Part shown: positions 11,400 through 23,770 of the stretch, one piece after another | Position numbering within the stretch: position 1 is the stretch's first letter | Layout of the letters: the number at the start of each line of letters is the position of its first letter | The notes under the pieces: model-generated | Databases searched by the model: none | Seen by the model: the letters and a program-made list of their open reading frames with translations, nothing else | What the model was told of the DNA's origin: nothing | DNA from: Octopus vulgaris | Taxonomy: Eukaryota | NCBI GenBank assembly: GCA_951406725.2 | Contig: OX597814.1 | Coordinates: forward strand, 174,220,001-174,284,000 | Direction of reading: 5' to 3' | Length of the DNA: 64,000 nt | Program-made: the position numbers and the translations under genes

Positions 11400-12757
11400 T
11401 TGAAATGGATTTTCAAAAGTAGTATGCAATTTTTTTTCAGTCTCTTCTGTTGTCTGAAATTGGTGACCTTTCTGGATGGATTTTCAACTTTGGGAAAAAG
11501 ATCAGGGTAACTGGGGTGGGTGGGGTGCGGAGGTAGAACAAGTTATTTGTGCCTTCCCAAAATGTCTCAGAGAAGAAGTGACACATGAGAAGGTGCATTG
11601 TGTTAGTACTGCATCCAAGTTTTGTTTGTCCTAGCACAGGCCTCTTCCTTAGCACAACCTCTCTACAATGATTCAGGACACTCAACCAAAACTCTTTATT
11701 TATAATTTGAATGCCTGGATCAAAATTATGATGAACAACACCCTTCCACTCAAAAAAGGGAGTAACATTACCTTCACATTTGAGCAACTCTGCAATGCTA
11801 TTCTCCTCCTCATCATCATCATTATCATCGTTTAACATCCACTTTCCATGCTAGCATGGGTTGGACGATTTTGACTGAGGGCTGGCGAACCAGATGGCTG
11901 CACCAGGCTCCAATCTTGATCTGGCAGAGTTTCTACAGCTGGATGCCCTTCCTAATGCCAACTACTCCGAGAGTGTAATGGGTGCTGCAGTAATTATGAC
12001 TCAACCTGCCATTTCAACAACCATTTTGTTTTGACATAGTAACCATGCACCCAGGTTTTGTCCACCTGTTTCAAAACCTTTTAGAATGATTTCATCAAAC
12101 AGGTTTCATTAATTTCCATCAAATTGAGGAATCAAACAGCACCTGACTGACTGTGACTTGGCTCTCATTTAATTCATCTGTCAACAGACATAACAAAAGT
12201 TTTGTGACAGTGTAATGCATCTTCAATTTTTCTTTTAAAATTGTGTGGCACAAATTTTGACAAAGGCTTGCTTCTTCAGAAACCTCATGGACAAACAGGT
12301 GGCAATTTTCAAAGATCACTACATGCACTTTCACATAATCATCATCTATTGTCATGGAAGACTGACCTGATTTGAAAGCATCATTGGTAGATGTTCTATC
12401 CAATTTGAAATACTGGTACTTCTTGTGACATTGCATATCACTCAAGCAATCCTCCACACAGAAAATCTCCGTAGTAGTTGTTTACCAATTTGAGACAAAA
12501 TTTTACACAAAAATGTTGTTCTTCCAAATCCTTCATTGTTCAACTTGCAAAAAATCACCAAGTGGACAAAACATATGTTCACTTTACCATGCATTGATTG
12601 GTGACCAGCTGTCATTGTTTAATGTAGCTGTTATTAATTGTAATGAGAGTCAAGGTCACTCATGCACTCATACAAAGTACTGCAGTCAAGAGGAATCTGC
12701 ACTAGCTACTTGGTGCATTGTTTTAAAGCTTCAGTTTCCTTTTGAAGAAACCTTGTA
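11400..12757 (-). mobile_element. Degraded mariner (DD34D-type) transposon
   Basis: HTH region (FKLDRTSTNDAFKSGQ..ILKEKLKMH..KLLLCLLTDE) and catalytic region (FFEWKGVVHHNF..QIINKEFWLSVL..VLRKRP), with many frameshifts. Interrupted by an RTE tail. Confidence 0.8.
11805..11987 (-). mobile_element. RTE LINE 3' tail fragment nested in mariner
   Basis: catcatcgtttaacatccactttccatgctagcatgggttggacg..., same family as 354-1103. Confidence 0.85.
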
Positions 12758-12852
12758 CATGCACAAACAATAAGCTTTTATTTCATTTCCTCTATCCATA
12801 AACAATTAAAGTTATCATCTTTGATGGTGTCTCAAGTTGACCCTACACATAA

Positions 12853-13170
12853 AGACCCCTTTCGATCATGAATGACCATAGGATTGCACCAAGAAAGTCT
12901 CTCTCCAAAGCACAAGTCTGGGCAAGATTGTTTGTGGAAGATCAGCAATTGCCCATGAATACCAGCCTTTCCTCTCCATGACACTGATGTTATTGTCCAA
13001 GGGAAACATAAAGGCCAATATAGATTGGCACCGGTGACATCACAACTCATTTCTACAGCTGAGTGACCTGGAGCAATGTGAAATAAAGTGCCTTGCTCAA
13101 GAACACAACACACAGCTCAGTCCAGGAATTGAACTCACAACCTCACAATTGTAAGCCCAATGCTCTCACC
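12853..13170 (-). mobile_element. tRNA-derived SINE family C (CORE-like)
   Basis: Homologous to 37589-37924 along its length; 5' end truncated. Confidence 0.8.
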
Positions 13171-13171
13171 C

Positions 13172-13260
13172 AGTGGTTCTCAACTAGGGTCTATATGGCC
13201 CCTGAGGATCCATATGGCCCCTGAGGATCCATATGGCCCTTGAGCATCTATATGGCTCCT
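13172..13260 (+). repeat. hAT-like MITE end followed by 19-bp tandem repeat
   Basis: cagtggttctcaac terminus, then ~3.5 copies of atatggcccctgaggatcc. Confidence 0.55.
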
Positions 13261-13689
13261 ACTACTACAAGGGCCACTCTTTCTCTCAACTGAAAAACCA
13301 CATATCAACTCCACTCAGGTACCTGGCACATCTGTCTCTACACTGTGTTTCCCTAAGGTTCTGCACTAAGTACAACTCCCAATCCTTCTATCTCAAAGTT
13401 ATCCCTTTGGAATTCCTTTCCTGCCCATATTTTCCCTGTAGGTGTCAACTTCTTTATGCTCAAGTTAACAGTTGACTGTATTAATCTCGCCAGTCAGTGA
13501 TGAGTTATGCGCACTGCACCTTCCATGTGACTAAACCATGAAACATAATGTCTGTGATGCTTGGCATAAGGAAAGGAAACAGAAAATTAAATGAAATCCT
13601 TCGTTTCTGTTTGCAATAGCACTGAAGCATAGAGCCGTGACATTGCTTCCAGAATGAGACAAGTCAAGAACATGTCAGCGTGTGTGGTA

Positions 13690-14065
13690 CAGACAGTGGT
13701 GGTTGCGGTGGTGGTGGCGGCGGTGGCGGTGGTGGTGACGGTGGTGGTGGTGGCAGTGGCAGTGGTGGTGGTGATGGTGGTGGTGTGTTTAGAAGCCATG
13801 CTGACAGAAGTTGATGTTGGATACATTAATGGTGGTAGTAAGGAGCAATGACAGTGGTGATGGCGATGGTGATGGTGATGATTGTGGTCATGGTGGTGAG
13901 AGATCGGTTGTGATGTTAATGATTGTCGTAGTAGTAATGGATAGCCTGAAGGATTATGATGGTAATGGTAATGTGTGGTTATGATGGTAGATGCAGTAGT
14001 GGTGGCAGTGAGAGATCATAGTTGTTGCGATGTTGATGACGGTAATGATGGTAGTGGTTACAATG
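13690..14065. repeat. Degenerate (GGT/GAT)n low-complexity tract
   Basis: Directly visible trinucleotide periodicity. Confidence 0.9.
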
Positions 14066-14240
14066 GCAATATTTCTTTTTGAAAATTTCCTTCCCGTGAC
14101 ACTTAAAGCAATTACAAACATTTTGATTAATTAGCGCAATGTCATTTTTTAAGCGATTCATAATTTTTTGATAAATTTTGATGAATGCCATAGTCACTAC
14201 ATTAAAGTGTGTAGAATAGTAACTTTAATATTAATATATA

Positions 14241-14561
14241 CAGTGGAACTTTGGTTTATGAAAACCTCTCGTCATGAATAACTCTGTTTACAAATAAGCT
14301 TTTGAATATAAGACATATTGGGTGACAAACAGTGTCTCAAGTAACAAACATTCAAACTGACAATGACACATGATGACAAGCTGAGAGAATCGGTTGGAGA
14401 GAGTCCATTGTTGTCTAGTTTTTGCTCAGTGCCCATCCTTGCTTGAATTCACAGTATCTTCACTTGAATTTCATATGGGAGAAATAGTTTTGGTTTACGA
14501 ACATTTCAGATGATGAACAACCTTCAGGAACAAACTAAATTCATAAATTGAGGTTCCACTG
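14241..14561. mobile_element. pogo/Tigger-like MITE
   Basis: TA|CAGTGGAACTTTGGTTTATG ... CATAAATTGAGGTTCCACTG|TA; TA TSD and CAGT termini. Confidence 0.8.
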
Positions 14562-14575
14562 TAAATATATATATT

Positions 14576-14594
14576 CATCATCGTCGTCGTCATT

Positions 14595-14625
<31 letters not shown>

Positions 14626-16229
14626 CACCATTTCATGTCTATCTTCCATGCTGGCATGGGTTGAATGGTTTGGCAGAATTTAATGAAATGGAGAGTCATA
14701 TCATTCTCCAATGTCTATATTTTGGCATGCTTTCTATGGCTGGATTCCCCTTTTTAATGTCAACCCCTACACAGAGCATACAGAGCACTCTTTTTGTGGC
14801 ACCATTGCTAGTGAGGTTGCTGTGTGACTCACAAGAAAAGAAAGCTCCCTTCAACTGAGTAGGAATATGGTAGAGAGGGAGGTTTTATGCTAGGTTTTGA
14901 GAGGTCAAAGTACGATAGAAGGGACAGGAATGGGGGTGATTTACGCTTCATGCTGCAGAGGAGATACATAGCTACCTCTGTTCCACTTTATTATATAAAG
15001 ATAGTTGGGAATAGTTGGGGTGAAGCTGGAAAGAGAGATAAAGATGGTGGTGACAAGGTGTCAGAGAGTACCCTCAAGATACAAGAAGGTGAACAGAAGA
15101 ATCAGGACAGTCTCTCTCCTTGCACCCTCATTAAATACAAGTGAGCCGTCATCCATGCAGACACATTTTTCTCCTATGACATCACGATTCTCTCTCATGC
15201 ACTGTCTTGCAACACAAAACACCTCAAGTCTTTGGTCCTCAAGACGCAGAACATTAGCAAATTTTTTCTTATATGCTTCCCCTCTGGATAAGTAAACCTG
15301 TCTCCTAGCTTCCCTTCTGGTAGTCTGATATAATTCCTTACTACCACTGTTCTTCCAATCCTTCCATGCCTGATTCTTTTCCCTAATGGCCCTGTCAACT
15401 ACATTGTTCTACCACCAAGTTACCTTAGGTTAAGGGGACATTGCACCATCCACAGATCTGGTCAGTGGCCCTTGGCAGGTTGTCTTATAGAAACCTCCAG
15501 TTGTCTTCCACATCATGAGATGCTATATCCCCTTCTATTTTGTCAAAAGCTTCGAGTAATACATCTCTAAATCTCTATCCACTTGCAGGATCCTTAAACT
15601 TCCAGACCCTTCTCTTCCATGCTGGTCATCTTCTGGGCATCCATTTAGCCCTGATCCTGAAGTTGCTAAGTACTAATCTATGTTGTGGAGTGCATTATTC
15701 ACCAGGGAAGATTTTTGGCATTTATAAATAGTCATTTTCCCGTTTCCTGGTGAGGACATAGTCAATTTGACTTGTGTGTCGACCAGATTGGTAGGTGACT
15801 AGGTGACTGGCAGGTTTCCTGAAGTTAGTGTTACAAACCATAAGATCATTTGCATCACAGAACTCCAGCAGCCTGGTTCCCTCCTCATTGCAGGAACCAA
15901 AACCATAGCCTCCATGTATGCCATGGAAGTCCCCTGCATGTTGTCCAACGTGCGATTGAAGTCACCAGCCACAAAGAGAAGGTCCCTGACATTTGTCGAT
16001 GAGGTAGTCTGCAAGAGGGTGTCATAAAATCAGTTTTTCTGTCCATCAAGTAGCCCCGCCTGAGGGGTATAGGCCAAGATAAAGGTTGCTAACCCATGAT
16101 GCAGCATTAATCTAATCTCAAGTATTCTATCGCAGACTCTGACTACCTCGATTACCTTATCAACCTAATTTCTCCGCAAGAAGTATACCCACACCCCTGA
16201 CCCTGTCAGTGTTCCCTGCCCAGAAAATC
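14576..16229 (-). mobile_element. RTE LINE remnant: APE endonuclease and linker joined to 3' UTR, RT missing
   Basis: KIFWAGNTDRVRGVGILLAEK..DRILEIRL..AYTPQAG..LFVAGDFN..NLPVT..QIDYVL (APE motifs) at 15730-16229; (cat)n tail at 14576-14624. Confidence 0.85.
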
Positions 16230-16276
16230 TTTGGATCATAATAATGCAATAATATGTAGAATATATGTAACATATA

Positions 16277-16691
16277 GGCGCAGGAGTGGCTGTGTGGTAA
16301 GTAGTTTGCTAACCAACCACATGGTTCTGGGTTCAGTCCCACTGCGTGGCATCTTGGACAAGTGTCCTCTACTATAGCCCCGGGCCAACCAATGCCTTGT
16401 GAGTGGATTTGGTAGACGGAAACTGAAAGAAGCCTGTCGTATATATGTATATATATATATGTATGTGTGTGTGTGTTTGTGTGTCTGTGTTTGTCCCCCT
16501 AGCATTGCTTGACAACCGATGATGGTGTGTTTACGTCCCCGTCACTTAGCGGTTCGGCAAAAGAGACCGATAGAATAAGTACTGGGCTTACAAAGAATAA
16601 GTCCCGGGTTCGATTTGCTCGACTAAAAGGCAGTGCTCCAGCATGGCTGCAGTCAAATGACTGAAACAAGTAAAAGAGTAAGAGTAAAGAG
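16277..16691 (+). mobile_element. SINE family B, full length, 27-bp flanking duplication
   Basis: TAATATGTAGAATATATGTAACATATA at 16250-16276 and 16692-16718. Confidence 0.92.
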
Positions 16692-17160
16692 TAATATGTA
16701 GAATATATGTAACATATACCAGTTGATGCTGATGCACTGAAACAATTGTAGTGATTTGTATTAAATCCATTTTGTTGTATTGAAATTCTTTTGTATATAC
16801 TCTTAAGATACTTGTGGATTTCCACATGTATATCCAGTAGCCAATAACTGAAGAGGAACTTTGGAAAGCAAGCTATAAGGTTTATTACCCACATATCAAA
16901 TAGTTGTGTGTGTGTGTGCATGAATGTATGTGTGTGTGTGTGAATGTGTGTATATGAATGTGTGTGTGTGTGTGTAGTCAGTGTATCATATATCCAAAAT
17001 AGAAGCACTCTATAAAGCATAGAGCAGCAATGTATTTATATGTAGTTAAGTCAATGTCTGGTCATGCTTCTTTTTGGATGCAAAACCACTGGTCACTCTA
17101 TGGCCAGAAATAAACTTAACTGCATATAAATATAAATATAAATATGTATATGTATATATG

Positions 17161-17162
<2 letters not shown>

Positions 17163-17220
<58 letters not shown>
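17163..17220. repeat. (CA)n microsatellite
   Basis: Perfect dinucleotide run. Confidence 0.95.
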
Positions 17221-17226
<6 letters not shown>

Positions 17227-17630
17227 CAGAAATATGTGTGTATGTATGTATATTATAAATGACAGCTTGCTGAAAATTGGGAAAAAAATCACAAAACAGT
17301 TGACTTGCTTTTGAATATTGGGTCACTTCACTTAGTCATACACATTCTTTGCCCTTCCTTCTCATATAGACAGATGTTACTATTGAGCTGACTGCCTACT
17401 AGAGGAGGAGGAAGAGGAGGGGTGGTGGTGGTGGTGGTTGTGGTGGTAGTTGGATGGGATGCAGAGATGTGTGGTTGTGATGGGGCAGAGTTATGAAAGT
17501 GTAGGCAAACAAGCTCTTTCTTACAGACAAAAATATACTTCCTGAAACACTTAGCTGTGAACCCAACTCACACACTACTGCTTCATTACACATGCACACA
17601 CACACGCACACACACACACACACACATTCA

Positions 17631-17700
<70 letters not shown>

Positions 17701-17782
17701 TAAAACTTACTTGGAAAAGAATGTGTGGCATTCAATCATATAATAATATAAATAATATATATATATATATATATATATATGT

Positions 17783-18405
17783 ATACACACACAGAGGACA
17801 TCATGAAACATGTACAACAAAAAGTTCAAAGTACGAGTACATGGAATATGAACTACTTTTTTGAACAACGAAAGACAAAAATGGAAAACAAGGCAAACAA
17901 CACAAAAAACACAAAAACGACCCTTCATCAGTTGTTGGCTGTTTTTCTACTCTCGTATTTCGAGCAATTAACAACAAGATATGCTTTTGATAAAACAGTT
18001 ACTCCTGCAAAGCAAATTAAATAACATTTGGGATTTTGTGGAGGGTCAAAATAGGTAACACAAACAGGACAGTGAAAACAAACAAGAAGGGCTGCTAAGC
18101 CTAAACGAGGTTGTGGTGGCAAACGCGTAAATCAAGCTTGGACAGGAGACAGATAAGAACACGTCTTCCTTGATCCAGCTACACTGGAGAGAAAGAAAGA
18201 AACACAAATTAGGAGAAGAAAGATGGCCAATGATCACATGGGAGCCACATGAGCAAGGGAAGAAGAGTGAGGGAGAGAGAGAGTGACAGACAGAGAACTG
18301 TTAAGGGGAGAGGAAAAAATTGGAGATAGGATAAGTGAGAAAAAAACATGTTCTCGTACTTCGTATTTTTGTTGTACATGTTTTGTGATGTCCTGTGCCC
18401 ACATA
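17783..18405 (-). mobile_element. Penelope-like element fragment with partial inverted terminal repeat
   Basis: 17785-17845 (aggacatcatgaaacatgtacaacaaaaa..agtacgagtacatg) recurs inverted at 18347-18402. Internal minus-strand ctcgaaa..ctgatgaaggg motifs; both ends abut (TA)n. Confidence 0.6.
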
Positions 18406-18454
18406 TACATATATATATATATAGATAGATAGATGTTAGTATGATATATATATA

Positions 18455-18800
18455 TCATCATCATCATCATCGTTTAATGTCCGTTTCCCATGCTGGCATG
18501 GGTTGGATGGTTTGATTAGGGTGTGGGAAACCAGGAGGCTGCACCAGGCCCCAATCTGATCTGGCAGTGTTTCTAATGCTTCTTCCTAACACCAACCACT
18601 CTGAGAGTGTAGTGGGTGCTTTTATGTGCCACTGGCACAGGGGCCAGAGGAGCTGGCATCGACCACGATCAGATAGTACTTTTTACATGCTACCACGGAA
18701 GGCAGTCAAAGCAGCACTGGCATCAGCCATGTTTGAATGGTGCTCTTTACATGCTACTGGCATGGGGGGGGGGCACAACTACAATTTCCATTTGGTTTGA
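18455..18800 (-). mobile_element. RTE LINE 3' UTR fragment
   Basis: (cat)n cgtttaatgtccgtttcccatgctggcatggg tail plus gtgccactggcac units. Confidence 0.85.
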
Positions 18801-18903
18801 TTTAGGTACTTGAGTTGAGGCACCAAAAATTAGTGCGGTATTATCCGTCCAATTTCAAATAAGGTGAATAAAATCAAAATAAGCAACAGGATATCCAGAG
18901 GTG

Positions 18904-18991
18904 ATGCAATACGACCGTTTCGAGCAGCTCCATTTAATTGAACAATGCAATTTTTACAACAATTTAAATGCAGAGCTATCCTCAGCTGCAT
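18904..18991 (-). ncRNA. Type I hammerhead ribozyme-like motif (Penelope-associated)
   Basis: Minus strand: ATGCAG-CTGAGGA-[TAGCTC..GAGCTG ctc]-GAAACG GT CGTA-TTGCAT. Stem I ATGCAG/TTGCAT, stem III ACG/CGT, GUA cleavage triplet. Confidence 0.55.
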
Positions 18992-19049
18992 AAATGAATA
19001 AATAGAATTAATTTAATCAATCAGATACATTTGTATAATTTTACTTAAA

Positions 19050-19860
19050 TCCTCACAGTGAAAAATGGTTCGCATTTGTGTTGCACATATTTTTTTCTTT
19101 AGTCTTCTGTGTTTCTTTCATTTTTATAATGAATTTACCATTCTCCAATTTTGATTTTATGTCTGGTAATGTAACTGGCAGTTCACAAATGGCGTTACGC
19201 AAAACATTTTCAGTTTCCTTTTCTGCTTGCAAAGTGGCAATTGCAGTATCTTCAAATGGTTCTATGTTTTTTTAAATCAGTCTTCATAGACAATCTGCAT
19301 GGCTTAATTTCTTGGATGGTATATATTCCATCTTGAAATCATAGTTTAATAATATTTTAGCCCAATGTTGTAACCTATTAGTAGTATAGGTAGGAATTCC
19401 TTTTTTTGACCCCAATATCGATAATAATGGTCGGTGATCAATCTGTAGCTGAAAACTTCTACCATGCAAACATCTGTGAAATGTTTTCACAGCAAAAATG
19501 AGCACTAGATTTTCTTTTTCGATTTGACTATAAGTTTTCTCTGTTCATATCAGAGAATGTGAGGCATGAACCACTGCCTTCATGTTACCATCTTTATATT
19601 TATGTAGCGCTACTGCTCCTATACTGTACTCAGAAGTGTCTGAAGCTATAACAGCCTCCACTGCAAGATCAAAGTGAATTAATGACAAATTAGATATTAA
19701 TATATTTTTAATTTTGTCAAATGCCTTTTGGCAATTTTCTGACCAATTCCATTTCAATAAATTATTCAGTGGATCCCTAACTTTATGTATATTTGGTAAT
19801 AATTTGCGAGTCCTAGAAATGCTTGTAAGGTCATGATATTAATCAGAGGTGGCAGGAATC
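19050..19860 (-). mobile_element. Gypsy LTR retrotransposon pol fragment (RT-RNase H linker and RNase H)
   Basis: WNWSENCQKAFDKIK..IASDTSEYSIGAV..HASHSL..YSQIEKE..FAVKTFHRCLHGRSFQLQIDHRPLLSILGSKKGIP..RLQHW..YDFKMEY..HADCL. Confidence 0.9.
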
Positions 19861-20744
19861 TGTTCCTTATGTAGTGTGGTTCTCTGCCTAAGTGCCAGAT
19901 TTGTCTGTCCTATATAGTTATGTCCACAACTTGAACAAGTTGTATTGTAAATTAGATTCTCAGAAGCACAAATGAGCAATTACCTTCCCTGTCCTGAATA
20001 ATAATGACCACCAATTACCTCCCCTCAGGTTTTTCTACTTGATTCATTCACAAACTTCCTTACAAGAATATAGATTACAATCTTCTCAAGAAAATACAAA
20101 ATTACAATAATTTCATTGTCATGATTAGAAAAAAGGAAACCAGTCAGCATACACAATATTCTGTCACTCATAAAACACATTAAAAAATATATTAAAACTA
20201 TGTAAACTGTGTTCATTTTCCTTCTTTTATTTTATGTATGTGTAGTTGTACTGGATTTAGTCATTGGACTCCAACCATGCTGGAGTATTGTAATAAAAGA
20301 GTTTTGTAATCTTGATGAGACCAGTACTTGTTTTTGCTTGCTACTGAATCTCTGATTGTTGAATCAGATTGTTGAATTAAGAGATATAAGCAACAGCATC
20401 AGTTGTTTATATGTTGTTTGTGGACATAAACAACAGCTCTTGGGAGCAATCATTTTTATTGTATCACCTGTTGAGGAACTGAAAGAAATGGTTTTGCCAA
20501 ACCTTTCTACCTGGATCTTTGTTGGTAGCATAAAAGAGTAACATTTCCTACAACAATAACGCTTTCGATGTCACTGACATATAGCTTCAGCAGCAGCCGT
20601 TTAGCAGGTAGTACTGATACAAGTATGCATGTGTGTGTGCAAGTACGTGTGTGTGTGTATGTGTGCATGTGAGTGTGTGTTTGCATGTGTGTATTTTCAT
20701 ATATATGTGTGTATGTCTATATGTGAGTGTGTGTGTGTGTGTGT

Positions 20745-20746
<2 letters not shown>

Positions 20747-20783
<37 letters not shown>

Positions 20784-20813
20784 GGCAGACAGACAGACAG
20801 ACAGATAGATAGG

Positions 20814-20849
<36 letters not shown>

Positions 20850-20852
20850 CAG
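20747..20852. repeat. (AGAC)n(AGAT)n microsatellite abutting the Tx1 3' end
   Basis: Directly visible. Confidence 0.95.
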
Positions 20853-21860
20853 ATTTCTTTATTGGCCACAAAGGGCTGGACACAGAAGGGACAAAATACA
20901 AAGTAGAGCTTTTCTTTTTTGGGAAGAAGAAAAGGAAAAAAAAATGGGTCGGATTCCAATCAAAAGGAATCATGAAAAAAAAAAGAAAAAAGTGGGGACA
21001 ATCAATAGGGATCGTGTATCACAGAAATGTCAATGTAAAAAGGGAAAACAGATTAGGTTTGTCCGTAGATAGAAAAGCCTACAGAAAAGACCACAGGAAC
21101 CTTGGGCAATAGTGCCATGCAAAAAGAAAACACATTACAGTAAGTGACTCTCTTTTTTCCCTTAGTTTTTTTTTTTGGTTCATAGGATTATGCTCAAGCT
21201 GGCTCCGTCATTCACATGTGCCATCCTTGCTACATTCACCATCTTTTTTTGAAACATTCACAAGACAAAATTTCCCTCTCTACTCTCACCTTCCTCTTCA
21301 AGTGACACTTGAAGAAGTTGATGAAGGATTGACCAGAGAGGAAAGTGTTTGTCTCTAGACCTTTCAGATGCGTCCACCATACACATTCTTTCACCATAGC
21401 CACAAGTACAATGAAAATGGCTCTTCCTTCCCATTTCAAGGAAGGAGGCACGACAATATTCACGATAGACTCGGTTGACAAACCGACTCGTTCCATACGC
21501 AATAGCAGTCATTTGACATAGGCCCACAGGTTGGAAATGGTTAGACACTGACCGCATCTTGGACAGGTCAGCCCCGTGTTTCTCGAGCCATGCCTGTAGA
21601 GCTTATCCCAAACAGGTAGCACTTCCCGATAGCACTGCCAGACCAGGGATCTCTGGAAGTTGTCCATAGGTCCCGGCCCCAAAGTTGTCTTGAACAGGCG
21701 GGTCAGGTATTCCTTGTCGACGCCCAGGTTTGCCCCGAGATTGTCATCATACCTCCCCTCCACTAATCCCCTATAGAATGCTTTGGTTGTGTTGAAGTCG
21801 CTCAAGGTCAACCCAGGACAGCATAGTTGCTTGAGAGCAACGCGACACTCGCAGTACAGG
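20853..21860 (-). mobile_element. Tx1/L1-group LINE 3' fragment (C-terminal zinc-knuckle region and 3' UTR)
   Basis: TKAFYRGLVEGR..FQRSLVWQCYREVLPVWDKLYRHG..TCPRCGQ..LWAYV..VAMVKECVWWT..FFKCHLKRKVRVER..FKKRW. 3' UTR ends AATAAAGAAA directly into (TCTA/TCTG)n. Confidence 0.85.
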
Positions 21861-22899
21861 TGTGGATGTGTATTAAGGTTCAGTCCCATTGCATGGCACC
21901 TTGGACAAGTGTCTTCTATAGCACCAAGCAATACAGACACAAACATGCAAATACATATATGCACTTGTGTGTATATATGTATGTATGTATGTATGCTCAG
22001 TGTTGTCATCATTGTTGGATAGTTGTGAATAGGCATCACTTTTTTTACAAGCAGTATAATTCATTTCAAGTACTCAGCGAGAACATGTCTGGCAATAGGG
22101 AAATATTGTTGTTGATTGTTATCATGAAAAGAAGGGACTAAAGTATTTTGTAAAAGAATAAGATATAAGTGTTTTTGTGAGATACGAAAAATAACTAATC
22201 TTAATAATGTTCAGCAGAATTATATTGGGTCAGAGAATACATAGAGGTGAACAGTTAAAACATGTTTTTAGAAAACGAAAGTCTACAGCATGTGTTTTTA
22301 TATGTGCATGTTATTACAATGTTTAAGTTCAAAAGTTAGTATGTGTGTGTCAAAATATATGTTTCCCATGTGACCAGTCATCAGTATGTATGTGTGCATG
22401 CTGATTAGATTTAAATGCTTGTTAACAGGAATTATCATGAAGTGTGTGCACGTGTGTGTGTACGTATGCATGAGTGTGCTCATGCATGTTAGTGTGTGAG
22501 TGTGAATGTGTGTGTGTGTGTGTTTGTATGTATGAGGGTTTGTGTAAACACACTAGACAGTAGTCTTTGTGTCAAAATTTGCTGCTGAGGTCAAGGTTAC
22601 AATTTTTTTGGAATTTCCAGTGGAAAGTCTGAAGTGTTTCCTGGTGACAAGGGGTCTGCTGAAGCCTTTTTCTGTGGTAGCCAAAGGAGGGCACTTATAC
22701 AGTCTTCATGGGTTGAGTCTATGTCAACAAAATTTTTTAAAAAAAACAAAAAATACAATTCTGCTTCCATGCAAGAAAAAGAAAACATTGACAGCTAAAG
22801 TCTATAACTCAGTCAAAAATCGTTGGTTTACCAAGTTTAGGTTTCAAATTTTGTCTGGACTTCCTGTTACACATGAATGCATACATACACAAATTCCTC

Positions 22900-23520
22900 T
22901 TTTCTCTTTTACTTGTTTGAGTCATTAGACTGTGGCCATGCTGGGGCACCACCTTGAAGGATTTTTAGTCGAATCTATACCAGTGATTTTTTTTATTTTT
23001 AAGCCTGGTACTGATTTTATCAGTGTCTTTTGTCAAACTGCTAAGTTACAGGAACGTAAACACACCAACACCAGTTGTCAAGAGGTGGTGGGGGACAAAC
23101 ACAGCCACAAACACACAAACATACACATACACATATATAGATATGATAGGCTTCTTTCAGTTTCTTATTTCTTTACTGCCCACAAGGGGCTGCACACAGA
23201 GGGGACAAACAAGGACAGACAAACGGATTAAGTCGATTATATCGACCCAGTGCATAACTGGTACTTATTTAATCGACCCCGAAAGGATGAAAGGCAAAGT
23301 TGACCTCAGCGGAATTTGAAATCAGAACGTAGCGGCAGACGAAATACCGCTAAGCATTTCACCCGGCGTGCTAATGTTTCTGCCAGCTCACCACCTTAAA
23401 GGCTTCTTTCAATTTCTGTCTACCAAATCCATTCACAAGGCTTTAGTCAGTCTGAGATTGATCCCAGAACCATGTCATTGGGAAACAAGATTCTATCACA
23501 CACATATATAGGCTTGTGCC
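22900..23520 (-). mobile_element. SINE family B interrupted by SINE family A
   Basis: B tail at 22900-23165 and B head at 23401-23520. Confidence 0.8.
23166..23398 (-). mobile_element. SINE family A nested in SINE B
   Basis: Full-length copy; TSD ggcttctttcaRtttct at 23149-23165 and 23401-23417. Confidence 0.9.
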
Positions 23521-23770
23521 TATATATGCAAATAAATTCACTATATTTTTGATTACATCTTTTGAAAAGATGCTGATAGCCTGTACTTTGTCCACTGGAA
23601 ATTCACTGGAAATTGTTGCATCCAGGAAATTCAGCTGATAATTCAAATTGAGCCTTGCAAAAATATTCAAATAGAGAAATGAACAAATACATAACATAAA
23701 AAAATATTTTACTCTTAGTTTTAAAAAATTTCTGAGGAAACAATTTTTCCCTCAGAATACTGTAATAATT

